A DNA stretch of 64,000 bases from Stegostoma tigrinum. Lineage: Eukaryota. Below the pieces are notes generated by a model. It did not search any database. It saw nothing but the letters and a program-made list of their open reading frames with translations, and was not told the DNA's origin. Positions 26,531 to 36,899 of the stretch are shown in pieces. The position numbers and the translations under genes are program-made. Position 1 is the stretch's first letter; every line of letters starts with the position of its first letter. The stretch is taken from NCBI RefSeq assembly GCF_030684315.1, contig NC_081370.1, positions 34,242,728 through 34,306,727 on the forward strand. Direction: 5' to 3'.

Positions 26531-28296
26531 GTATTTTGCGACGATTTAAAAATGTGACCAACTAAAATGTAGTTATTGGGGTGCCAGAACTGAACTCATG
26601 CAAATCTCTGATAATCGAATTTGGCGGAGACCTTAGTGAATTGAGGTAAATGAAATGGCAGAACTTGTTTGACTGCACATTGTGCATTCTTGCTACCTGC
26701 TACATTATTTGATTTCAGTGTGCTTCATTGACATACGACTTGTACATTGGCTCCTTGCAGGAGTAGGTCCTGACATTGTGAGTAGCACAAGTACTTGGTA
26801 CACACATTCCTAAAATAAATCTGTGCTCTGATATTTTGACCAATGGTTAAAATGTGTGAGGTAGAATGCACTAAGTTTTTCACGAGGCATGGAACTAGAG
26901 ATCCAGGTGGAAAAATTAAAAAGGAGCATTGTGCTGTGTTCTGAGAGGAGCACGTGGTATTGAGACAGGTGTTTAGAAGCTCATTGAAAGAGAGCAGTGA
27001 ATTTCAGAATGTTGTTCCAAGGCCATGGATGCTGTTCAGGAAGAACTTTAACATTCTCACTCAAGTTGTCTTTGTGAATGAGTTCATGTATAGAGGGCAT
27101 CCATGCCAACTACACCATTCAGCCCATTCACCACATCCCCATCATCTAATTCCCAACAATCAGTCTTCAAATACAAACTTGTGTCATTAACTCCTGAATC
27201 ACTCATTAAACAAAACTTGCACACACAACAAGTCCTTAAACGAAAAGAGAATTGCTGGAAAAGCTCAGCGGGTCCGGTGGCGTCGGTGAATTGAAATCAG
27301 AGTTATCGTTTCATGCTCCTAAACACTGCAAGCTGTTCAACCAAGTAATCCTCCCCTTTTAAACAACCGTTTATGATTTAATATAATTGGCTAAAGTACA
27401 GAGATTTCCCAGAGCTATAGTTAGCTTTGAAAGATGAATGCACTTGGTGTTGAAGTCTTTGCCATTCAAGATCTTTGGACTCATTCGGAAATATTGTAAT
27501 TTCTCCCTGACCCACTGCCTGATTCGTGATGCAAGAGCCATCCATGTTGCACTGATAGCATCATTACTCAGGGGAACCTCAGCCCACCAAAATCACTGAT
27601 GACACCTGGGCGACAGATTTGTCTACTTGTGAAGTGATAGATTCAGAAATTAGCATCACTGGGTCTGACATTGCACCAAGCAGGTTTCCTTACCATGTTG
27701 GAGCTGTTGGAGAACCTCTCTATTGCCCTGAATATTCAACCCGAAAAACACTTCAAAAATCATCTCACCTTCTGGCTCCTTTGTAGTACTGGAGGAAATC
27801 TTATGTAATTAGCCAGCATGTTTTCTCTCTGTCAGGTTGTTGAGGGTTGATCTCCCATTCCAGTTCTTGACAAAATTGCAAGTTTGGTGCAGACAGTATG
27901 GATGTCATTCCACACCTTTGTCTCTGAGCCATTCAGATTGTTGTGTGATGAACTCACATTTATTGAGCAAATTCCACCTTGAAACTGTAGAACATCATCA
28001 TTAAAAGGAGCCATTTTCATAGAATCCAACACATTCAGGCACGTTGACTGTTCAGATGTCTCAAATTCAAGAAATGATTGCATTTTAAGCTGAGAAGTCC
28101 ACTGATCTGTTCCAGTAGCAAACTGCATGATTTGTACAATGATTTGACCACTTTCAGATATTTAGCGAGTGTATTGCAAGATCATTTCCCCAATTTATCA
28201 AATTCATTACAGTGAGCTCCAATTAATGCCTGTGTATGTGATTTTTGCGTAAAAGCACTGTAATGGCAGTTTCTACTTCCTTATGGTGCTGGGTTT

Positions 28297-29483
28297 TGTA
28301 GGAGAGAGCAAAACTCCCTGTCATTTGGAATACTGGGTAAAAACCCCAGATTTTTAACAGATCTTTTAAAACAATGAAATGGCAGCTGGGCTATGCTCTG
28401 AAATACTTAATCATAGGGATAGCTGTCTGGAACCAGCTGTTGTTCATCACACAACAATCTTCAGAAAAGGGTCTAGGCCCAAAACATCAGTCTTCTTGCT
28501 CCTCTGATGCTGCTTGGCCCGCTGTGACATCCAGCTCTACACCTATCCAGAAGCCACTTCAGCACAAAGGGCATAACAAAAACACAATGGATAACACAAA
28601 TTTGCGAGATGGTAATGGAGCACTCAGTCCATATAACTGCTGGCCCCCGATCTGAGAGAAAGGAAGAATCGTTCCCACAGATACCAACAGAAGAGGGATC
28701 CCAGACAGCTACTCTTCCCGAGAACTATCTGCATAGTATCTCCCAGAAACCGACTGACACAGGGCTTCCCCAGACCAGGGGATCCAACGGCAACCAACCA
28801 TGGCCAGTAGATCTGGCGACCTATGAACTTTGAAAGCCACCGACATGACTGATAAGGCCTCAGACACATCGTGCGGTGAAAACCAGCTCATAAAGCCACC
28901 ACAAATTAAGAAAACCCAAGTTCTCAAACCAGACTGAATGCCGTCCAAAGTCTTCAGTGAAGCACCAGTTACCACAAGTGGGAATGGCCAGCTGTATTTC
29001 AAAATTGTGTTTATCCCTAGTGGTGAGCCTATTTCCTCAAGACCCAAATTGTCCAACTGACCTAGTAGGGAGGGGGAGGTGTGTTAGTGACAGTGCAGGG
29101 AACCCCGAGGCCAGGAAGTCTGATAAAAATGTCTGTGTTTCAAACTTCTACTCAGTTTCTTATAGTAATTAGCCTGTCAAGTTAATAACTGATAGCAAAA
29201 GTTTCACTGCTTTGAATTTGCCTTTTTTTAATGCTTGAATTTTATTCACCTTTTTTCTATTTCTCTGTGTGTTACTTCTGCCTTTTTTAAATTTCCTGGA
29301 TATGCTCACCTTTGCATTTAATTGATGCAGAGATTCTTTGCCTTGAAACACCTGGCTACTGCCTTCCTCACTTCACATTCCCTAAATTATGTCTGGTATC
29401 AGAACTAGGGATCTGGGGATGATTCGAACCACCTAAAAATCAGCAAATTACTGATCAAAACCAGAATCCCCACTGTTTTCACA
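28297..29483. mobile_element. ~1.19-kb insertion with TG...CA ends (possible solo LTR), containing a Penelope pLTR fragment at ~28465-28545
   Basis: Interrupts the cassette ~30 bp upstream of exon G, with colinear cassette sequence on both sides. No clean TSD. Confidence 0.4.
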
Positions 29484-29512
29484 ATCTATTTTGTTATTTT
29501 ATGATGATGCAG

Positions 29513-29593
29513 AATTACAGGAAGATTCTGAAAATCATCAAGATACTGTTGGGAACGGAAAAGAAAATGCAGTGGATCACTTGACAGAGAAAG
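29513..29593 (+). pseudogene. Micro-exon type G (ELQEDSENHQDTVGNGKENAVDHLTEK), donor GT>CT
   Basis: CAG acceptor, open 81-nt frame, donor position reads AAG|CTGAGT. Confidence 0.65.
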
Positions 29594-30406
29594 CTGAGTT
29601 GCCACAATGTAAAAATATGAAAAATTAAAATGTAATTGGGTGCAAAACCTGATCTAATGCAAAACTCTGACTGTGGAATTTGGTCAAGACCTGGTAACCT
29701 GGTATTGAAATAACAGTGCATATAATCCTTGCCTGTGCATCAGAGGGGCACAATATGTTTTTGCTACCAGCTACACTACTTGATTTCAGTGTGCTGAAAT
29801 TCATGTTGTTCATTTGCTGCATGCATCAGCAGGTCCTTATATTTTGAGAGGGAACAGCTACTTCAAGACATTGCCCAAATCCTGTAATGCCCTTATTTTG
29901 CCAGTGCCAAAATGGGGCACATATTTCGAAAATAAAGTTGTGTTCTGACACGTAGAACAATGATTGAAATATGTTAGCCACCGTACACCGCATTATTGAT
30001 TAGGCAGAGAATTTGAGGTCGAGGTAAATGACTTAAAAACGAGAAATCTGCTGTGTTTTGAGGGGTGAACATGGAATCCAAACAGATGTTTAGAAGCAGG
30101 TGGAAGCAGAGCAGGTGAATGTCAGAGTTTTGTTCCAAGATCATGAATGCTGTATAGGAAGACATTTAACAATCTCACTCATATCGTCAATGTGCCTGAG
30201 TTCAACTTCAACATAAATTATCTTCAAAGTCTGGCATATTTTCCTTTTAACACAAGTTGTTACCCGCAGTTCAAAAGACATAGTTCCCAGTTTTTACATC
30301 TCCGAACCAAAATCGAAGTGTGCCCTGCAGGCAGCATCACAGTGAAGCAGTTTGGGAGGAGTGTCCTACAGTGAAGAATCCTGGTAAGAGTGTCGATAAA
30401 AAGGGG

Positions 30407-30748
30407 TGTTATGGTGGCTCAGTGATTAGCATTGCTGCCTCATAGCACCAGGACTCAGGTTTAATTCTATCCTTGGGCGATGGCGTGGAGTTTGCATCTT
30501 CTCCGTGTGTCTGTAAGGGTTTCCACCAGTGCTTCACTTTCCTCCCACAGTCCAGAGATGTGCAAGTTAGGTGGATCAGACTTGCCCATAGTGTGCGGTG
30601 ACATGCTTGTTAGGTGGATCAACCATGGAAAATGCTGGGTTACAGGCCTAGAGTAGAGGTGTGGGTCTAGGTGGGATGCTATTCAGAGGATTGGTGCGGA
30701 CCTGATGGGCTGAACAGCCTGCTTCCACACTAGAGAATCTAAGATTGA
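30407..30748 (+). mobile_element. HE1-type tRNA-derived shark SINE
   Basis: A-box-like TGGCTCAGTGATTAGC, then GTGGAGTTTGCA..TTCTCC..GTGTCTG, CTCCCACAGTCCA..GATGTGC..GTTAGGTGGAT, and a CR1-derived 3' tail. Confidence 0.85.
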
Positions 30749-31417
30749 TAAAAGAATAAAACAAAAGTAATGAAAAATTAGTGATTGTTTTAGCATACCT
30801 CCACCATCAAAACGTGAAGTATCATTTCTTTAAAAATGTATTTCTCGCCCAGGTTAATCCCACTTAAACACTCAAACAAACACAAACTCTCAGCACTTCA
30901 TTCTTCCTCCCAACTTACTTTTCATCACTATTCAAAGTGCCTGGTCACAAACTCAAATTTGCAACAGTTTATATTCAGAATAAAGCATCAGCAATTACTT
31001 TTTCCTTCCTGGCAATATGTACACTTTTTTTTGTTAAATGGTTGTAGTTCCACACACCAGCTTAATGATCTTGCAGTCTTATTTTAAAGTCATTCCTCAA
31101 ACGTTAATAGATCATAATCTGTTCAGTTTTAAACTTCCAATGTTGAATATAAACTTTGAAAGTGACAGCAAAGGATGTTCTATTCTATTCTATTCTTTTC
31201 GATTCTACTGTCAGTGTTGAACAGCTAACACCACAAATACTCCTTTTTCATTAGCACGTTACTAACTTTGATGTCGATTCAGCTTTTTTGAAAAAAATAA
31301 AACAAGGGCTTCTTCATTCCAGCCTCATGATCTGACAGGAAATTTGTCAAATTCCCAAATTGCTACAGTCTCCTGTTAATTTAAATGTTCTGTTCAAATG
31401 AAGTGCCTTTAATACAG

Positions 31418-31645
31418 GATAACAAAGCATGGAGCTGGATGAACACAGCAGGCCAAGCTCTTAGGAGCACAAAAGCTGACGTTTCGGGCCTAGACCCTTC
31501 ATCAGACCCTTTTTCTGATGAAGGGTCTAGGCCCGAAACGTCAGCTTTTGTGCTCCTGAGATGCTGCTTGGCCTGCTGTGTTCATCCAGCTCCACACTTT
31601 GTTATCTTGGATTCTCCAGCATCTGCAGTTCCCATTATCACTGTT
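31418..31645. mobile_element. Short Penelope-derived element of two inverted pseudo-LTRs
   Basis: ~90-bp inverted arms around a 9-nt spacer; TSD TTTAATACAG(G) at 31408 and 31646. Confidence 0.88.
31515..31542 (+). ncRNA. Minimal hammerhead ribozyme motif (mirror copy at 31478-31505 on -; another intact copy at 63553-63580 on -)
   Basis: CUGAUGA, stem II GGGU/GCCC, GAAAC, GUC. This is the minimal hammerhead known from Penelope terminal repeats. Confidence 0.7.
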
Positions 31646-31837
31646 TTTAATACAGGTTCATTCATTAAAATTGTTTTTAGCTTTTCAAAGACTGCTCAGC
31701 ATTGTGTAAGCCATACCACTTCTGTTTAGTTTCGTAACAACTTAGTCAAAGATACTAAAATTAATTACAAACTTTCAATAAAATCTGTTCATGTTAAAAT
31801 TTGAGGATGCCTGTTCATATTTTGTTTCTCCATACAG

Positions 31838-31854
31838 GGAATGATTCAAGTTAA
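31838..31854 (+). CDS. Candidate terminal coding exon of the micro-exon gene: (G)GG AAT GAT TCA AGT TAA = GNDSS*
   Basis: Good acceptor TTTTGTTTCTCCATACAG; phase-1 entry gives a short frame ending in TAA; AT-rich UTR-like sequence follows. Confidence 0.5.
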
Positions 31855-31962
31855 GGTCAGATGTGCTGCAGAAGCAAGACACTTGAATATGAAGAAATGT
31901 GGTGGATAACATCCACAGACTGTATATTTTTATTTATGTTATTGCTTGCACTTCAATCATTT

Positions 31963-33077
31963 ATTTTATTATGAGTTTCTGCTGTGGCTATTGAGGAAGT
32001 TTTGGAATAATGGGGTTAATCACAGTGATCACTGAGTGGAGAATTATCTCAAACTTTGAAAAGAATTCAACTGGATGTTGATGTTTGGTTCATCCAGCCT
32101 ATCTGTACCAGGACCGTCAAACTAGAGTAATGCTTCCCAATTTTTTTTCCCCCATTGTAACACATTTCAAGTTCAAAAGTTGCCATGATCCTTCAATGAA
32201 ACTGAGAGCAAGGCCAGAGCCCTGACAGCGATGTTGGGTGAAAGAACCTGTGAAATGCAGGAGACAAATCGCTTTAACTTCAAGGATTTTTCTGATTCCT
32301 TTGGAGCAGAAATCATGGCTCAAAGGTCCATCAATGAGAGCACGTCCACCACTTTGGATACAGCCGTTTAAAGGGGCCTCACCTTTTAATACTCAGCCAG
32401 TGCTATCCGGTGGTCATTGCTGCCTTCACACATGTGACACCAGAATCTTGTGTCGTGACCCCTCAGAGGATTGTGACCTGCTCTTTGGAAAAGATTGAAC
32501 TTCAATCTTCTAGCATGGTAAACCTTGACAAACCTTTTTTTTTAATTGAAATGAAGCATTGAGAATCTGTGCATGCTGCTAAAGAAGAATTATGAGGCTA
32601 TTTTACTTTGTGTTCCTACTTGTTTTCATCTAAACAGAAATGTACATTTTTTGTACTGCAAAAACTAGGCACTCTCATGTGTCTATGTATTGACAATCTT
32701 TACAAGGAAAAGCATTGAATTTTGTGAAAAATAAATCATCTTATGAGTTGTGTATTTTAATGTATTAAAATAATAAATATCGGAAATTGTACATGCATTT
32801 TACAATAATGTTCATGATTGTATAATATTCCTTTTTAGAGATGAATTGTTCCACTTACATATGACTATAGCTAATTGTAAGCTTTGTGCTAAGATGTCAG
32901 TTTTGCTAACCTTAATATTGTATGTATCCGATCATAATTTTTAATTTTATTATGAGTTTCTGCTGTGGCTATTGAGGAAGTTTTGGAATAATGGGGTTAA
33001 TCACAGTGATCATTGAGTGCAGAATTTTCTCAAACTTTGAAAAGAATTCAACTGGATGTTGATGTTTGGTTCATCCA
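31963..33077. repeat. 134-bp direct repeat (31963-32096 and 32944-33077)
   Basis: ATTTTATTATGAGTTTCTGCTGTGG...GTTTGGTTCATCCA occurs twice with 3 mismatches, offset 981. Confidence 0.92.
32730..32777 (+). terminator. Candidate polyadenylation signals (AATAAA 32730 and 32772; ATTAAA 32764)
   Basis: Cluster of hexamers ~0.9 kb after the candidate stop, in AT-rich sequence where chance matches are common. Confidence 0.3.
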
Positions 33078-33419
33078 CGTAATCTCACTAGAATATACAA
33101 TCTGATAGAAATGATAACTCAGGGCATGATGTTTTGGGCAATGTCTGATTAAAAGGAATTTAAATGTGTTTTGCCGTAACTATTTTTCTAACTTCTGTTT
33201 TAGTGAATCATTGAAGGCAATTGTTCTGAACTTATAGCTGAATTCTTACATTTCTGCTCAGATTGCAATGATGGCTGGTTAGAAATATGGATTTGAAAAA
33301 AACAAATATATATAACTAATTAGTGGAGTCACACACAACTATTTTAAAAATTGGAAGAGAAGAATTAATGACATTCTTAAACATGAAAATCCCATTGTAT
33401 TTAGCAATAAAAGGATATT

Positions 33420-33997
33420 TCCCATTCATGAGGTGTGGGCTGTCCGGGCTAGCATTTATTTTCTATCTGCAGTTGTCCTTGAGAAGGTTGCGGCAAGTTA
33501 ATGTCTTAAACTGCTGTAGTCCATTTCGTGTAAGTATACCCACAATACTATGGGGCAGTGGGGGTGGGAATCCAAGCCGGCCTGAAGAAAGGTGATATAT
33601 TTCCAAGTCAGGATAGTGAATGGGGAGGGACTTGCAGATGATGGCATTTCTCTGTATCTGATTCCTTGATCTTTTAGATGGGAATTGTCATGGGCTTGGA
33701 AGATGCTGTCTCTGAGGCTGTGGTGAATTTGTGCGCTGTATCCACTGAGCACTGCTGCTACTGAGCTTCAGTAATGGCGGAAGTGAATGTTTCTCGATGT
33801 GATGCCAATAAAATGTGGTGCTTTGGCATGAATGGTGTCAAGCTTCTTGCGTGTTGTTGGAGTTGCACTCATCTAGGCAACTGGGGAGTATTCAATCACA
33901 CCACTGGGCTGGTCCTTGTAGATGGTCAGGAGGTGAGTTATTCATGACAATTTCCTCACACTAACCTGCCCTTGTCAGCACATTGTTTTATGTCTAA
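33420..33997 (-). mobile_element. 3' fragment of a shark CR1/L2-group LINE
   Basis: 3' tail similar to the 47517 SINE tail; minus-strand PSPFTILTWKYI segment. Confidence 0.6.
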
Positions 33998-34706
33998 TGT
34001 TGCCTAGTTCCTCCTGTAACAAATTATACAACTCTGACCAGAATGTATGAATGTATTTGACCAGATGTTCCACGATACCAAAAAGGTCAAATCAGGACAA
34101 ACACAAGCAGGTACCAATGTAAAGTAATCCCACCTTTATTAGGAAACAAGTTGCAATAACTTTTAACACTAAACATACTGTCTTTAATCCTAGTGGTCAC
34201 TTAAATTTTTGTAAATTAACATAGTTACCATCTCTCTGGCCCTGTCTCTGCAAAGCTGTTTTTAATCTTCCCTCCTTCCTCTCTCTCTCTTTCGATATCT
34301 CTCTCTGGGTAGTCAGCTGGTGTTTTGCCATGTTGATCTCCTCAGAAAGCATCCAGAAGTTTTAAGAGATCATTCTGTGGGTGAACCCTATTTTTCTACC
34401 TTTTTGGATGTTTTTCCAGAACTTCCTATAGTTCTGGCCAATAACAGTGACTCACTTGATAATTTCAATCATTTGGATGGCACACTATTGTTAGTTTCTC
34501 TGTGTAACAGGACCCAGTGCCTTTCTGTCTGGGACCTCCTTGCTTTGGTAGATAAATTGTTGGAGCTATGTGTCGAGGATAACTTTCCTTTTACATTATG
34601 CTAATATGATTAGCACCCAGCTGTGGTGTTTGACCAATATACCCAACATTCCTCACTGTTTGGCCAAGTTAGCAATCTGTGTTTTAGCAGCAAGGACCCT
34701 GCTACA

Positions 34707-34730
34707 ATTCCCCCTCCCCCACCACCACCA
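34707..34730 (-). promoter_or_regulatory. Polypurine tract
   Basis: Minus strand ...GGTGGGGGAGGGGGAAT directly before the TG start of the 3' LTR. Confidence 0.75.
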
Positions 34731-34859
34731 CTTCTGAACGGAAAGAAGCTCATGCAAATGAAGTTCAAACCTAGTTGTAAAAGTTGGTTATGTTTGTTGT
34801 CAGGGGACCTCACGTGTTGGTGTGAAAGCCATTGTATACTTTTGGTCAAGCCTATCATT

Positions 34860-36060
34860 TAAATATATGTATAGAAAGGAAAACTCCTGTCATGATAATC
34901 CATACAGGATTGTGGTGCATAGAAAACATTCAGTAAACAGAACACATAGAATTGACAATACTGATAACCCTGGGAATTCCATCTGTTTTATAGCCCCTGT
35001 GTGCATATACAGGATTATTCAGTTATCTTGGGATAACTTTCTTTCCCAGACTGCAATCTGAACCACCAATATCCTGAGGTATATCAAGGTAAGTGCAATT
35101 ACGACAGCAGCTAGATATGAGAGGAGTTGAATTCATGGATGATATGTTATAGGCGCGATGGTATGGCCTGTTTGTTCACATTTACTAAGAGTGGTCCCTG
35201 TCAATGTCCCCTGTCTCTCCACCGCATATGGGAAGGTTTCATGGTAATACCTCCAAATACCCTGTTTTTCATAATTCCAATATTTTCAACTTCAAAAGTC
35301 CTCAACCCAGCTTTGTCACCAGGAATAATTGGAATTCCTGGTACCAAGCCCAGCGCCTCACTGAGAATGTCCTTGCAGTTATCAATAAACCACACATTGG
35401 TGAGCAGCTGCAAATGAGACATTAGTGCAGATTCTGTTCTGGAACAAATATTCAAGCTGTTCATCACTGATCCAGGTTGGGACTTTTCCTTGGCTAGCTT
35501 GCCTGAGGTCCTCGCTCAGCTGTTCAATCATCCAGTTTCTGTAGCTGCACAGGGTATGGTTTTGCTGCTTACCGACATCCCTGATTTTGCTCTGGACAAT
35601 CTGGTTAATCAGCTTGGTGTGACCCTCTAGTAAGGTCACAAAGTGGTGGTTAGCCTTATTCTCCACTAGTTGTCCTGTGGTCTCCAGTTGATTGTCTAAT
35701 TTCAGTCTGTCTCAGGCTTGTTTGGCCTGTTGGGTCAAGCTCCTGAGTTTATTGTCTAAACTAGTCAAATGAAGGGCTAATCATTAAGGAGCTCCCATCT
35801 CTTCCATTGAGTAACTACTGGCCTGGGTTTCCTTTCATATTTCCTTGTCCCTCATCCCATTATTCTGCAGGTCAAGGGGAAGTATGATTGTTTTAATGTG
35901 GAAGGAGACTGCTCCATTAACTGAATCCCCGATACATCAATTATGACTGGCATCAGACTGTGGTGTGTCGAACAAGATGTTACCTGTGGGTCTAATTACT
36001 AATCCATTATGACAGCCTGGTATTTGTGTGGGAGAAGCTGTGGGAGGCACTTTCACTACT
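34860..36060 (-). pseudogene. env relic (class I fusion, F-like), frameshifted
   Basis: PGCHNGLVIRPTGNILFDT..PVIIDVSGIQL; heptad-rich TLLEGHTKLINQIVQSKI..LSEDLRQASQGKVPTWISDEQL; GIPII..FEVENIG; located just before the PPT. Confidence 0.6.
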
Positions 36061-36563
36061 GGTCTTAGGCTGTTTCTAAATTAGGACTCAAGGGATTCTC
36101 CCTGGTGGGGTTTACTGGGGCATTGCCGTCCTAACTCTGACCCCTTGACTGGCCTATATGCTCAGCAACACACTATCATGCACCCATTCTGAGAAACATT
36201 ACACTAATTATCTATAATCACCACGCTCACATAACACAATGCGAAACTCCCACCTAGTTTCCTGTACACCACCAACTAATGCTTCCACCCAAATACCACG
36301 GATTTTACAGGATGAACCTAGAGGATCCCATCTACACACTCCAGCTTCTGGTGTGTTGTACCACAGGTATCCTGAGTACATTGTTTTCCCGTCTGCATGC
36401 ACTACATTTTTCCATACTGTCATTATAATCATCCATAATACACAATTAATGCTTTATAAGCATTCTATCGTTGTCTTGGAGTGGCTACTCCAGTGCATTT
36501 TCTAGAAAACAACCAGGACAATTAGCTGTAAGTATCTAGGTTCAATGTCTGGCTACCATTATA

Positions 36564-36850
36564 TCATACCTTGGTGAACTGCCACAAGTGGCAGCAAGAG
36601 ACATTAGTGTTGGTTCTCTCCTGGAACAAATGTTCGAGCTGTTCATCTTTGACCCAGGATGGAACCTTCTCTTGGATAGCCTGCCTGAGGTCCTCCCTCA
36701 GCTGTTCAATCAACCAGTTACTGTAGATACTGCATAGGGTATGAGTTTGCTGCTCACTGATATCCTTGATTTTGCCCTGCATGACCTGGTTAATCATCTT
36801 GGTGTGAGCCTCTAGTATGGTCACTAATTGGTGGGTAGTCTGATTCCCTG
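36564..36850 (-). pseudogene. Second, diverged copy of the env heptad segment
   Basis: TILEAHTKMINQVMQGKIKDISEQQTHTLCSIYSNWLIEQLREDLRQAIQEKVPSWVKDEQL aligns with 35382-35666. Confidence 0.8.
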
Positions 36851-36899
36851 TGAGAGAAAAAGGAGAACACAAGAGGAGTGATAGAAAAAATGTGCCCTG

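Larger units (their letters stand above)
24949..30190. repeat. Older, diverged copies of the same intron-exon cassette
   Basis: The same ordered motifs recur with more divergence: TGTACAATGATTTGACCACTT, ATTTGAATCACCAA, (TGA)TGATGYAG, GGGTGCAA..CCTGATCTAATGCAAAACTCTGAC, CAGGTGAATTTCAGAA, GAGATTTCCCAGAGCT. Confidence 0.9.

Noticed and set aside
1-30190. CRISPR array, rDNA/5S, snRNA or histone-type tandem cluster
   Set aside because: Eukaryotic context; no repeat-spacer pattern and no recognisable RNA-gene or histone sequence in the units.
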